From assembly GCA_963718235.1 (NCBI GenBank), contig CAVQYR010000001.1, positions 448,001 to 512,000 of the forward strand: 64,000 nt of DNA, given 5' to 3'. Positions 38,761 through 48,553 of this stretch are shown piece after piece. The first letter of the stretch is position 1. The number at the start of each line of letters is the position of its first letter. Below the pieces are notes generated by a model that was given only the letters and a program-made list of their open reading frames with translations, had not been told where the DNA came from and did not search any database. Made by a program: the position numbers and the translations under genes. The stretch comes from an uncultured Actinomycetota bacterium (GTDB lineage Bacteria > Actinomycetota > Actinomycetes > JAHEKZ01).

Positions 38761-40275
38761 ATGGATCAGGGTGTGTTCGCGGTCGGAGCGGCCACGCTTC
38801 CGCAGCTCCTCGACCAGCGGCGCCCCGAATCGGACGCGCCCTTCCTCGGTTGCCGCGATGGGCGGGTGCTCACCTACGACGACCTCGACGAGTGGGTGGC
38901 GCGCATCATCGGTGCAGTCCGTTCCTGTGGGGTGGTGTCGGGTGACCGGGTCGCCGTCCAGGTGGACAAGTCGCCAACCGCGGTGGCCCTGCACGTCGCC
39001 TTGCTGCGGGTGGGCGCCGTCCAGCTGCCCTTGAACCCGGCGTACACCGACGTCGAGGTGCGCGCACTGCTGGACGACGCCGAACCGTGTCTGGTGATCC
39101 GAGACCCGGCCCGGGACCGTCTTGACGGGCCGTGGCAGACGCTCACCCTGGACGTTGAGGGCGCCGGATCGTTGGCTGATGCTGCCGCTGGTCCTGCACC
39201 ACCCGTGGCCGAGTCTTCGCTGACGGCAGACAGCCCAGCAGCCCTCCTGTACACCTCCGGAACCACTGGTCGACCCAAGGGCGCCCTCCTCACCCACGGG
39301 AACCTGGTGCACAACGCCACGACACTGGTCGACGCCTGGGGCTTCAGGCGCGGCGACGTTCTCCTGCATGTCCTGCCCCTGTTCCACACGCACGGCCTGT
39401 TCGTCGCGACCCACTGTGTCCTGGCGAGTGGGTCGTCGATGGTGCTGTTACCCCGGTTCGAGATCGACGACGTTGTCCGTGCGCTGCCCGACTGCACGGT
39501 GGTCATGGGCGTGCCGACGCACTACGAGCGGATGCTGTCCGACCCGCGGTTCGACCAGGTGGCAACTCGGAACGTGCGGGTCTTCATCTCCGGCTCGGCG
39601 CCGATGACCGTCGGACTCCACGAGCGGTTTGCCACCCGGACGGGCCAGGTGGTGCTGGAGCGCTACGGAATGACCGAGACCTCGATGCTCACGTCCAACC
39701 CGCTGCACGGTGTTCGCAGACCCGGGTCCGTCGGGCCGGCGCTTCCCGGCGTCGAGGTGCGAGCCGTCGACGACGATGACCGTTCGGTGGGCGCTCACGC
39801 CGTCGGCGGCGTCCAGGTGCGGGGGCCGAACGTGTTCGCTGGGTACTGGCGACGTCCGGACCTGCAGGCCACCGAGTTCACACCCGACGGGTGGTTCCGC
39901 ACGGGGGACCTCGGACGGTTCGACGACGACGGGTACCTGGAGCTGGTCGGCCGGTCCAAGGACCTGGTGATCAGCGGAGGAATGAACGTGCATCCCAAGG
40001 AGGTCGAGGCGGTGCTGGATGCCCTCGACGGCGTACAGGAGTCCGCCGTGGTCGGTGTTCCCGACGCCGACCTCGGGGAAGCCGTGGTCGCCGTCGTGCG
40101 GGCCGAGCCCGGTGTCGTCCTCGACGAGGCGGTGCTGCGGGACGCGGCCCGACTGCGGCTGGCCGGGTTCAAGGTGCCCAAGCGGGTCCACGTCGTCAAC
40201 GACCTACCGCGCAATGCCATGGGCAAGGTGGAGAAGGCGCAGATCCGGGCCGACCTGGCGCGGTCGAAGCCGTGA
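38761..40275 (+). CDS. Acyl-CoA synthetase (malonyl-CoA synthetase MatB-like)
   Basis: YTSGTTGRPKG, LPLFHTHGL, ERYGMTET, LPRNAMGKV. Confidence 0.87.
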   Translation: MDQGVFAVGAATLPQLLDQRRPESDAPFLGCRDGRVLTYDDLDEWVARIIGAVRSCGVVSGDRVAVQVDKSPTAVALHVALLRVGAVQLPLNPAYTDVEVRALLDDAEPCLVIRDPARDRLDGPWQTLTLDVEGAGSLADAAAGPAPPVAESSLTADSPAALLYTSGTTGRPKGALLTHGNLVHNATTLVDAWGFRRGDVLLHVLPLFHTHGLFVATHCVLASGSSMVLLPRFEIDDVVRALPDCTVVMGVPTHYERMLSDPRFDQVATRNVRVFISGSAPMTVGLHERFATRTGQVVLERYGMTETSMLTSNPLHGVRRPGSVGPALPGVEVRAVDDDDRSVGAHAVGGVQVRGPNVFAGYWRRPDLQATEFTPDGWFRTGDLGRFDDDGYLELVGRSKDLVISGGMNVHPKEVEAVLDALDGVQESAVVGVPDADLGEAVVAVVRAEPGVVLDEAVLRDAARLRLAGFKVPKRVHVVNDLPRNAMGKVEKAQIRADLARSKP

Positions 40276-41825
40276 CGTCCCCACTGACCCCTGACCTGGT
40301 GGGCAGTCCCGCCCACCGTCTGAGCGACGCCATCGCCTCACGTGAGGTGTCCTGCGTGGAGGTCGTCTCCGCTCATCTGGACCGGATCGAGAGTCTGGAC
40401 GGCACGTACCACGCGTTCGTCAGCCGGCGTCCGCGTGACGCGGTGCTGGCCGAGGCTCGTGAACGCGACTACGAGCTCGCCCATGGTGAACGTCGCGGCT
40501 GGATGCACGGGCTGCCGCACGCGGTGAAGGACCTCTCCGACGTACGCGGCCAGCCGACCACCGGTGGCTTCACCCCGGTCGACTGGGCGCCGCTTGCCAC
40601 CAGCGACAGCCTGTTCGTCGGCCGGCTGCGCGAGTCAGGGGCGGTCTTCGTCGGCAAGACCAACACGTCGGAGTTCGGTCTGGGCTCGCACACGTACAAC
40701 TCGATCGCCCCGACCACCCGAAACGCCGTCGCACCGGACCGCAGCGCCGGAGGCAGCAGTGGGGGAGCCGCAGTTGCGGTGGCGTTGGGCATGGTCCCGG
40801 TGGCCGACGGCAGTGACTTCATGGGCTCGCTGCGCAACCCGCCCGGCTGGAACGAGGTCCTGGGTCTGCGCCCGACGGTCGGACGCGTCCCGGACCTGGG
40901 CGACGACCCGTTCACCGTCGAGGCGGGCGTGGTGGGGCCGGTCGCACGCAACGTCCGCGACCTGGCGCTGCTGCTGGCCGCCATGTCCGGATACGACGTC
41001 CGGGCTCCGCTCTCCTTGGCCGAAGATCCTCGGCGACTGGTGTCACGCCTGGGCGATCCAACCGACTCTCCACGGATCGGCTGGCTGGGCGGCCTCGAGG
41101 GTTACCTGCCCACCGACCCCGGGATCCTTGAGACGTGTGACCGGTGGTTGCAGGGCTGGGCCGACATCGGAGCCACCGTCGAGCCGACCACGTTGCCACC
41201 GGCCATCGGATACGCCGGCGTCGGTGACCTCTGGCCGGCGTGGCTGACCTTGCGCCACCTCCAGGTCGGAGGGGCGTTGGCGCCGTTGCACTCAGACCCG
41301 GAGACCAGAGCGCGGATGGGGCCCGCCGCGGTCTGGGAGGTCGAGGGGTTCCGGCGGCTGAGTGTGGACGACGTGATCGAGTCGACCGCCGTCCGTTCGG
41401 GGCTGTACCGCTCGTTCCTGTCCCTGTTCGAGCGGTTCGACCTCCTCGCTCTGCCCACGGCGCAGACGTGGCCTTTCGCCGCTGAGCTCGAGTGGCCGCG
41501 GGAGATCGCCGGGCAGGCGATGGACACCTACCACCGCTGGATGGAGGTGACCACTCCGGCAACGATGGCGGGGTTGCCGGTGCTCGCAGTCCCGGCCGGA
41601 CGCGGAGTGAACGGCCTGCCGATCGGCGTCCAGCTGATCGGCCCACCACGTGCGGAGGGTGAGCTGCTGCGGACCGCAGCCCTGGCCGAGGCTCACGGCC
41701 TGATCGACGTGCTGTCTCGCCCTGCGACTTCGGTGTTGAACCGGTCGAGCATGTCCAGCCTCTCGCTCAACGAGACGTCGACATGGTCGGGGACGATGAA
41801 CTCGTCCAGGCCGGCTTCCTCGTAG
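40272..41825 (+). CDS. Amidase signature family enzyme
   Basis: AVKD, GKTNTSEFG, GGSSGGAA, GSDFMGSLRNP. Confidence 0.9.
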   Translation: MTSPLTPDLVGSPAHRLSDAIASREVSCVEVVSAHLDRIESLDGTYHAFVSRRPRDAVLAEARERDYELAHGERRGWMHGLPHAVKDLSDVRGQPTTGGFTPVDWAPLATSDSLFVGRLRESGAVFVGKTNTSEFGLGSHTYNSIAPTTRNAVAPDRSAGGSSGGAAVAVALGMVPVADGSDFMGSLRNPPGWNEVLGLRPTVGRVPDLGDDPFTVEAGVVGPVARNVRDLALLLAAMSGYDVRAPLSLAEDPRRLVSRLGDPTDSPRIGWLGGLEGYLPTDPGILETCDRWLQGWADIGATVEPTTLPPAIGYAGVGDLWPAWLTLRHLQVGGALAPLHSDPETRARMGPAAVWEVEGFRRLSVDDVIESTAVRSGLYRSFLSLFERFDLLALPTAQTWPFAAELEWPREIAGQAMDTYHRWMEVTTPATMAGLPVLAVPAGRGVNGLPIGVQLIGPPRAEGELLRTAALAEAHGLIDVLSRPATSVLNRSSMSSLSLNETSTWSGTMNSSRPASS

Positions 41826-42604
41826 GCAGCGAGCACCTCGACCAGCTCAGCTGCGGTTCCGGCCAGCGACTGACCGTCGTCCTCCGGTCGGTCCTGGCCG
41901 GGCTCGACGAGGTGGACCAGGGCCTGGGTCGACCGGCGCACCGTCGAAGGATCCCGGTCGATCCGCTCACACGACTCGTCGAGCACGGCAGACTTGCGGC
42001 GAAACGACTCCAGCGTCGTCCATGCGTTCCACTCGTCGGCCCATCGCGCGGCGGCTGGGATGGTTCGTCGCTCCCCGCTGCCGCCGATCAGGATGGGTAA
42101 CCGCTGCTGTCGTGGCTTGGGTGCGCATGGTGCGTCGTCGAGTCGGTAGTACCGACCGTCGAAGGTGGTTCGCTCATCGCGCAACAGGGACGAGATGACC
42201 GAGCACGCCTCTTCGAACTGGTCGATCCGGACGCCGGGAGGTGGCAGCTCGATGCCGTAGGCGTGGTGCTCGTTGACCTGCCATCCGGCGCCGAGACCCA
42301 GCAGCAGCCGCCCGTCGCTCACCTGGTCGAGCGTGGCCGCCATGTTGGCCACGACGGCGGGATGGCGGTAGAGGTTGCCGAGCACGAGGGTCCCCAGTCG
42401 AAGTCGCGTCGTGCGCGCGGCGACGGCAGTCAGCGTCGTCCAGCCCTCGAGCACCGGCCCATCCGTGGGGCGCCCGGCCCCGTCGTTGGGCATGAAGTGG
42501 TCGTAGACGTAGAGGCCGTCCCACCCTGTGCGCTCGGCATGGTCTGCCATCGCAGCGATCTCCGACCACGGTCGCCGTTGGTCGGGCCAGACGCTGAAGC
42601 GCAT
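41693..42604 (-). CDS. LLM-class, probably F420-dependent oxidoreductase
   Basis: YDHF, LEGWTTL, RHPAVVANMAATLD, GLGAGW, IGGSGE. Confidence 0.88.
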   Translation of the reverse strand: MRFSVWPDQRRPWSEIAAMADHAERTGWDGLYVYDHFMPNDGAGRPTDGPVLEGWTTLTAVAARTTRLRLGTLVLGNLYRHPAVVANMAATLDQVSDGRLLLGLGAGWQVNEHHAYGIELPPPGVRIDQFEEACSVISSLLRDERTTFDGRYYRLDDAPCAPKPRQQRLPILIGGSGERRTIPAAARWADEWNAWTTLESFRRKSAVLDESCERIDRDPSTVRRSTQALVHLVEPGQDRPEDDGQSLAGTAAELVEVLAAYEEAGLDEFIVPDHVDVSLSERLDMLDRFNTEVAGRDSTSIRP

Positions 42605-42648
42605 GGATCGACGCTAGCCGACGGCTCGTCGCGCTGCGGGACTCGCTG

Positions 42649-43416
42649 TCACCTCGACACGGTCGCGTGCATCTCCCACACGAGGACCTCAGCGGGTTCG
42701 GTCGCCGTCACGGTGTGGCCGCCCACTCCTGTGAAGCGGACTGCGTCGCCGGTCCGAAGCGGGCCGGCCCCCTCGAGCTCGACCGCCCCACGAGGGACGA
42801 ACAGGTGCACGAACGGGGCGTCGGGCAAGGAGATGGTTCGTCCCGGCGACAGCCGGGCAGCGTGGAGTGCGGCGTAGCGGTTCTTGATCCGGATGGCCGA
42901 GTGACCCTCGTGCTTGCTCATCCCTGACGCCACGGGGACCAGCCCGCCCGCGAGCAGCTCGGCCTCGATCTCCAGCTGCTCGTAGCCGGGTGTGATGCCG
43001 GACTCGTCAGGCACGATCCACATCTGGACGAAGTGAACCGGCTCGTCGTGAGCGCTGCCGCCGTCGACGCGCCACGAGTCGTTCTTCTCACTGTGCAGGA
43101 TGCCCCGACCGGCGCTCATCCGCTGCGCGAGCCCGGGGTAGATGACCCCGGAGTGCCCGGTGGAGTCCTGGTGCACCAGCGACCCCCGCATCACCCAGGT
43201 GACGATCTCCATGTCGCGGTGCGGATGGGTCTCGAAGCCCGTCCCGGGCACGACCGTGTCGTCGTTGTTGACCAGGAGCAGACCGTGATGGGTGTTGGCG
43301 TGGTCGTAGTGGTGGCCGAAGGAGAACGAGTGCTTGGAGTCGAGCCAGCCCAGATCGGTCGCGAAACGCTCGTCGGCGCGGCGGATGTCCACCGGCTCGG
43401 CGGTTGTCGTGGGCAT
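42649..43416 (-). CDS. Pirin family protein
   Basis: HSFSFG, HPHRDMEIVT, QRMSAGRGILHSE, FVQMWI. Confidence 0.92.
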   Translation of the reverse strand: MPTTTAEPVDIRRADERFATDLGWLDSKHSFSFGHHYDHANTHHGLLLVNNDDTVVPGTGFETHPHRDMEIVTWVMRGSLVHQDSTGHSGVIYPGLAQRMSAGRGILHSEKNDSWRVDGGSAHDEPVHFVQMWIVPDESGITPGYEQLEIEAELLAGGLVPVASGMSKHEGHSAIRIKNRYAALHAARLSPGRTISLPDAPFVHLFVPRGAVELEGAGPLRTGDAVRFTGVGGHTVTATEPAEVLVWEMHATVSR

Positions 43417-43480
43417 CACGTGCTCCTCGGTCGGTGCGGGTGGGGACGGTCAGTACCTTGCGCACAACATCGTTACGCCT

Positions 43481-44236
43481 TCAACTATTTCCACCGGCCG
43501 TGGGCAGGACCGTCGTGTAGGGGGTGACACAGGGGCGCCCTTCGGCGTGCTCGAAGTGGACGCCCTCCGCGGTGACCACCACGCTCGCGCTGCTCACCGT
43601 CCCGAACTCGGCCTCGTGGATGCATGCGGCCGTCTCAGGACCGTCACCGGCCCGTTCGTGCGAGCGCAGCACGGCGCGGAACCCCGCCGTCAGCGCGGCA
43701 ACGTCCTCGGCCGCATCGGCGACCTCCCGCGCCGCGCGAAGCAGGCTGCTCGCCTTGACGCTCGTGCGGTCGTCCGGATCCTGTTCGGTGATGACGTGGA
43801 CGCCAGGCAAGAGCGGACCGCCGCGTCGACCGGACTCGTCGTCCAGCGCCACCCAGGCAGCGGACGTACCGGACAGGTAGACGACGTTGACCGGGTTGTA
43901 CTCGAAAGGACGCAGCTGCGCCATCGCCCGGACGACGCTCGTGTCGTCACCGGCGTTGAGCAGCTCGGTGGGCAGCCCACCACGGGAGCGTCGGACTGGG
44001 TCACGCGCAGGGGGTCGCCCGTGCGGGTGACGGTTCGTCACGGCACAGACCCGTCCCTGTGGGTCCACCGCGAGCCAGGTGCCCCCTGCCAGTCGGTCCC
44101 GGCCACCCCACAGCGGCGGGTCCTCTTGCAGGAGCGCGGGCGGGTCGCTGGGTCGGCTGGTCGACTCGTCGCGGTTCGCGACGAGAACGAGGGGCGTCTC
44201 CGCTCGCCACTGCCAGGCGAACACGATGCTGCACAT
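43481..44236 (-). CDS. NRDE / TANGO2 family protein
   Basis: MC start, ANRDE, GGTWL, SRG, GTVS. Confidence 0.88.
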   Translation of the reverse strand: MCSIVFAWQWRAETPLVLVANRDESTSRPSDPPALLQEDPPLWGGRDRLAGGTWLAVDPQGRVCAVTNRHPHGRPPARDPVRRSRGGLPTELLNAGDDTSVVRAMAQLRPFEYNPVNVVYLSGTSAAWVALDDESGRRGGPLLPGVHVITEQDPDDRTSVKASSLLRAAREVADAAEDVAALTAGFRAVLRSHERAGDGPETAACIHEAEFGTVSSASVVVTAEGVHFEHAEGRPCVTPYTTVLPTAGGNS

Positions 44237-44316
44237 GACCGAACCCTAGGCGCGAGGCATCGAACGGTAGGCCTGGAGTGGTTGCGCTGGCGGGTGACGG
44301 GCTCCACCATGGCGGG

Positions 44317-45855
44317 ATGGTCAGTCGGCGCGTGCTGCACGTGGTGGTCGTCATGGCGCTGGGTCTGATCACGGCCGGATGCACCTCCGGTGACGCCCTT
44401 GACTCCTCCGCTGAGGAGACCAAGGCGGGAAGCCCGACCCTGACCCGGCTCAACGTCATGTCGTTCAACATCGAGTACGGCGGAGAAGGGGTCGATTTCG
44501 GCAGTGTCTCCAAGGCGATCGAGGCGGCCGATGCGGACGTCGTGGCGATCCAGGAGGGTTTTGGGAAAGTCCCCGAGATCGCGGGCGACCTGGGGTGGGA
44601 CTACTACGACACGCGCGCTCAGGTGGTGTCGAAGTACCCCTTGCTGAGCCAGTCCGATCCACAGGATCGAGCGGTCTTCGTCGAGGTAGAGCCCGGGGCG
44701 GTCGCGGCCTTGATCAACCTGCACCTCTCGTCAACGAAGTACGGTCCCCAGCTGATCGACAACGGCAGAGCCACAGCGTCCGAGGTGTTGCGGAACGAAG
44801 AAGCTCTCCGCATGCCCGAGCTGGAGCCGGTGCTCGACGAGGCATCGTCGTTGACCGAGCGTGGCATCCCCGTGTTCGTCACGGGGGACTTCAACGCCCC
44901 GTCTCATCGCGACTGGACCACGGCGACGGTCGGGCTGCGCGACCACATGGCCTTCCCCTTGCAGTGGCCGACCAGTGTCGCGGCCGAAGCGTCCGGTCTG
45001 GTGGATGCCTACCGTGCACTGTTCCCGGACCCGGTGGAGGATCCTGGTCTGACCTGGCCGGCGAGCCGGCCGTTCGTTCCCGGCTACAACCCCGGACCCA
45101 ACGGTGCGGCAGCCGACCGCATCGACCTGATGTTCACCGGAGGCCCGGTGGAACCAGTCGAGGCCAGAATTGTCGGAGAGAAGGGCTCGGCGTTCACTGA
45201 CGTCGCGGTATCGCCGTGGCCCACGGACCACCGCGCTCTCGTCGTCCGCGCCGAGGTGCTGCTTGCCGCGCCCCCCACCTTGGTCACCATTGACCAACGA
45301 CTCGTGACGATCGGGCAGGAACGCAACGTGCGATACGTCTCGGACGCAGGAGAGGCGGCGGTGCTGGCCGTGGTCCCTGCGGCTGGAGCCGCCGAGGACT
45401 CGACCATCGAGAAGCAGCTCGATGACGCCGGGAGTGGTTCGTGGCTCCTCCCCACCAAGGAGCTGGAGCAGGGGGCCTATGAGGTCGTTCTGCTCGACGA
45501 CGTCGGCAACGAGCTGGCACGGTCTCCCTTCTGGCTCATCGAGCCCGGGACGACGCCCCAGCTCACGACCGACAAGCGGGTGTACAAGCCGGGCGAGCCG
45601 ATCGGGGTAACGTGGCTATACGCGCCCGGGAACAAGTGGGACTGGCTGGGCATCTACGAGAGAGACGCCGATCCGGAGGTCGCCTCGTACACGACCTGGA
45701 CCTACACGGGCGGGACCATCGCCGGCACCGAGAGCCTGGACGGGTCCGACTTCGGTGGTCCATGGCCGTTGGTACCGGGCGCGTACAGCGTCTACCTGCT
45801 CGTCGACGACAGCTACGAGAAGGTGGCAGGCGCCGACTTCGACGTCCGGCGGTAG
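44317..45855 (+). CDS. Endonuclease/exonuclease/phosphatase family lipoprotein with C-terminal beta-sandwich domains
   Basis: TAGC lipobox, MSFNI, IQE, GDFN, RID, TDH. Confidence 0.83.
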   Translation: MVSRRVLHVVVVMALGLITAGCTSGDALDSSAEETKAGSPTLTRLNVMSFNIEYGGEGVDFGSVSKAIEAADADVVAIQEGFGKVPEIAGDLGWDYYDTRAQVVSKYPLLSQSDPQDRAVFVEVEPGAVAALINLHLSSTKYGPQLIDNGRATASEVLRNEEALRMPELEPVLDEASSLTERGIPVFVTGDFNAPSHRDWTTATVGLRDHMAFPLQWPTSVAAEASGLVDAYRALFPDPVEDPGLTWPASRPFVPGYNPGPNGAAADRIDLMFTGGPVEPVEARIVGEKGSAFTDVAVSPWPTDHRALVVRAEVLLAAPPTLVTIDQRLVTIGQERNVRYVSDAGEAAVLAVVPAAGAAEDSTIEKQLDDAGSGSWLLPTKELEQGAYEVVLLDDVGNELARSPFWLIEPGTTPQLTTDKRVYKPGEPIGVTWLYAPGNKWDWLGIYERDADPEVASYTTWTYTGGTIAGTESLDGSDFGGPWPLVPGAYSVYLLVDDSYEKVAGADFDVRR

Positions 45856-45879
45856 GTTCTGCGGGTCAGAGGAGAACAG

Positions 45880-47301
45880 TTGACCGCGGACGAACCGATG
45901 AGGCTGGGCGCACAGCGCGACGCCGTGCTCGACCACGCCGCCGACCTCGTCAAGGAAGCATGGCGGTCGTTCGACGACGCTCGACCCACCGAGCCGACCA
46001 TGGACGACCGGGCTCTCGCCCTGCTCGCCGAGCGACTGCCGGAGGGCGCGCTCGACCCGGCGTCCGCACTCGATGAGCTCACGCATGTCCTCGACCGTTC
46101 GATCGCCCAGTCGCGCCCTCGCTACCTGGCCTACGTCGGCTCCAGCGGTCTCGAGATCGGGGCGGTCGCCGACCTCATCGCGGCCTCCTACGACGTCAAC
46201 CTCGCCGTCGACGCTCGGGCGGCCTCTCGGCTGGAGGAGCAGGCCGCCTCTTGGCTCAGTGACTTCCTCGGCTACCCGGCCGCCGGGGGGTGGTTCACCA
46301 GCGGGGGGACGGTCTCGAACCTGTCCGGCCTGGCCGCGGCCCGCGAGCGGGCGCTGCCCGGGTCCCGTCGCGACGGCATGTTCGGCGTCCGGTCCGCGCT
46401 GTACTGCTCGGCCGAGGCCCACTACTCGGTGAGCCGCGGCGCCGAGCTGCTCGGCATGGGCTCTCGGTCGGTGCGCGACATCCCAGTCGACCCGACGACG
46501 CGGCGGATGCGCACCAGTGAGCTGCGCAGCGCGCTCGAGTCCGACCTCGCAGCCGGGGTCGTGCCGGTGGCGGTCGTCGGGACCGCGGGGACGACGCTGA
46601 CCGGGGCCGTCGACCCGCTCGACGAGATCGCCGACATCTGTGCCGAGCACCGGGTCTGGATGCACGTCGACGGGGCCTACGGCCTGCCCGCGGCCGCGAC
46701 GTCGAGACACACCCTCTTCACCGGGCTGGACCGTGCCGACTCGGTGTCGGTCGATGCGCACAAGTGGTTGTTCGTGCCCAAGGCATGCAGCGCTGTACTG
46801 ACCAAGCACCCGTCCGCCTTCGCCGCCGTGTTCTCCCATGACGAGGCGTACATGCCCCACCAGGAGTCGACCCACAACGCGGTCGACCTCACCCTGGAGT
46901 ACTCACGCCCGCTGCGTGCCCTCAAGCTCTGGCTCGCCTTCCGGGTCCACGGGGCGCACGAGGTCCGGTCGGCCCTGGAGCGCAACCTGGGCCAGGCCCG
47001 GCTGTGCTACGACCTGAGCGCCAGGTCCGCCGACTTCGAGGTCATGTCATTGCCGCCAGCACTGTCGGTCGTCCCGATCAGGCACATGGTGCCGGGCTGT
47101 CCCGACGTCGACGCGCACAACCGGCTGCTGGCCCAGAGACTGCAGGACGACGGACGAGTCTTCATCTCGCCCGGGACGATCGACGGGCAGGACTGGCTGC
47201 GCCCGTGCTTCACCAACGTGCGGACGAGAACAAGCGACGTCGAGGTCCTCCTCGAGGTCGTCAGGGAACTGGGGGGCGCCCTGTGCCCCCAGCATCGTTG
47301 A
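45880..47301 (+). CDS. Group II PLP-dependent decarboxylase (aromatic amino acid decarboxylase-like)
   Basis: SGGTVSN, AHYS, GTT.TGAVDPL, HVDGAYG, DAHKW (PLP Lys). Confidence 0.88.
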   Translation: MTADEPMRLGAQRDAVLDHAADLVKEAWRSFDDARPTEPTMDDRALALLAERLPEGALDPASALDELTHVLDRSIAQSRPRYLAYVGSSGLEIGAVADLIAASYDVNLAVDARAASRLEEQAASWLSDFLGYPAAGGWFTSGGTVSNLSGLAAARERALPGSRRDGMFGVRSALYCSAEAHYSVSRGAELLGMGSRSVRDIPVDPTTRRMRTSELRSALESDLAAGVVPVAVVGTAGTTLTGAVDPLDEIADICAEHRVWMHVDGAYGLPAAATSRHTLFTGLDRADSVSVDAHKWLFVPKACSAVLTKHPSAFAAVFSHDEAYMPHQESTHNAVDLTLEYSRPLRALKLWLAFRVHGAHEVRSALERNLGQARLCYDLSARSADFEVMSLPPALSVVPIRHMVPGCPDVDAHNRLLAQRLQDDGRVFISPGTIDGQDWLRPCFTNVRTRTSDVEVLLEVVRELGGALCPQHR

Positions 47302-47320
47302 GTCGAACGAGAGCAGGCTG

Positions 47321-48553
47321 ATGACGGACGACGACCAGCAGCGAGCACCCAGCGATCGGGCCGAGGCCGCGGTCGCGGACTTCCTGGCCGCGGTGACCGT
47401 CGACGACCTGGACCGAGACCCCTACCCGATCTACGCCCGCCTTCGCCGCGAGGCACCAGTGGCTCACGTACCTGCGGTCGACACCTGGTTCGTCACTCGG
47501 TACGACGACGTCACCTTCGTCGCCGAGCACCCCGAGCTGTTCCCCGCCGAGCACGGTGAGTCCCCGGTCGAGGTCACCTTCGGCAAGCCCACCTTGATCA
47601 CCGTCGACGGTCCCGTGCACCACGACCTGCGGCGCAGCTTCGACCCGAACTTCCGCCCACGTCGGGTCCAGGAGTACGTCGACGACCTGGTTCGGCCCTT
47701 GGCCCTTCGTCGCGCCGGCGGGCTGACCGGACTTAGTGAGGCCGAGCTGATGGCGGAGTACTTCGAGCCGATCTCGGTGCTCAGCCTCGCGTCGGTGCTC
47801 GGTCTTGGGGACGTCGACGTCGAGACGCTGCGGCGCTGGTTCCACGGCATGAACCTCGGTGCGACGAACTTCGAGCGCGACCCGGACAAGCAGGCCGAGG
47901 CGGATGCCGTCTGCGCCGAGATCGACGCAGTCGCCGTCCCGCGCATGGAGCGACTCCTGACCGAGCCCGACGACTCGACGATGTCCCACCTGCTCCATGC
48001 GGGCGCTCCGCAGGGTCAGCCGCGGGCGATCGAGCACGTGCTGCCTTCGCTGAAGGTCGCGATCCTGGGCGGGATGCAGGAACCCGGGCACGCCGCCGGC
48101 ACCGTGATGTGTGGTCTGTTCAGCCAGCCGGACCAGCTGGCTGAGGTTCGCTCCGACCCGGTCGCGATGGTGGTCCCGGCGGTCGAGGAGGGCCTGCGGT
48201 GGGTCGCGCCGATCGGCACCCAGTTCCGTACGGCGGGCCGCGACGTCGAGCTCGGCGGAGCCACGATCCCCGCGGGGGCCGGAGTCTCCGCAGTGCTGGC
48301 GTCGGCCAACCGCGACGAGTCGCTGTTCGACGACCCGGACCGGTTCGACCTGCACCGCTCCAACCGCAAGCAGGCCGCCTTCGGCTTCGGCAAGCACTTC
48401 TGCTCCGGCCACTCCTTCGCCCGAAGGCAGATGCAGATCGCGGTCGAGGTGCTGTTCGCCACGTGCCCGGACGTGCGACCGGTACCGGACCGACCGGCCC
48501 GCTTCCGTGGCTGGGAGTTCAGGGCGCCGGCGGAGCTACCGGTCCTGCTGTAG
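47321..48553 (+). CDS. Cytochrome P450, GcoA/CYP255-like (possible aromatic O-demethylase)
   Basis: I-helix LGGMQEPGH, EGLR, FGFGKHFCSG heme motif, F.GW.FR.P tail; resembles GcoA as recalled, not aligned. Confidence 0.85.
   Translation: MTDDDQQRAPSDRAEAAVADFLAAVTVDDLDRDPYPIYARLRREAPVAHVPAVDTWFVTRYDDVTFVAEHPELFPAEHGESPVEVTFGKPTLITVDGPVHHDLRRSFDPNFRPRRVQEYVDDLVRPLALRRAGGLTGLSEAELMAEYFEPISVLSLASVLGLGDVDVETLRRWFHGMNLGATNFERDPDKQAEADAVCAEIDAVAVPRMERLLTEPDDSTMSHLLHAGAPQGQPRAIEHVLPSLKVAILGGMQEPGHAAGTVMCGLFSQPDQLAEVRSDPVAMVVPAVEEGLRWVAPIGTQFRTAGRDVELGGATIPAGAGVSAVLASANRDESLFDDPDRFDLHRSNRKQAAFGFGKHFCSGHSFARRQMQIAVEVLFATCPDVRPVPDRPARFRGWEFRAPAELPVLL

Noticed and set aside
47295-47310. TCGTTGAGTCGAACGA upstream of the GcoA-like P450 as a sixth operator
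   Set aside because: Two bases shorter than the other copies and overlaps the decarboxylase stop; not counted.
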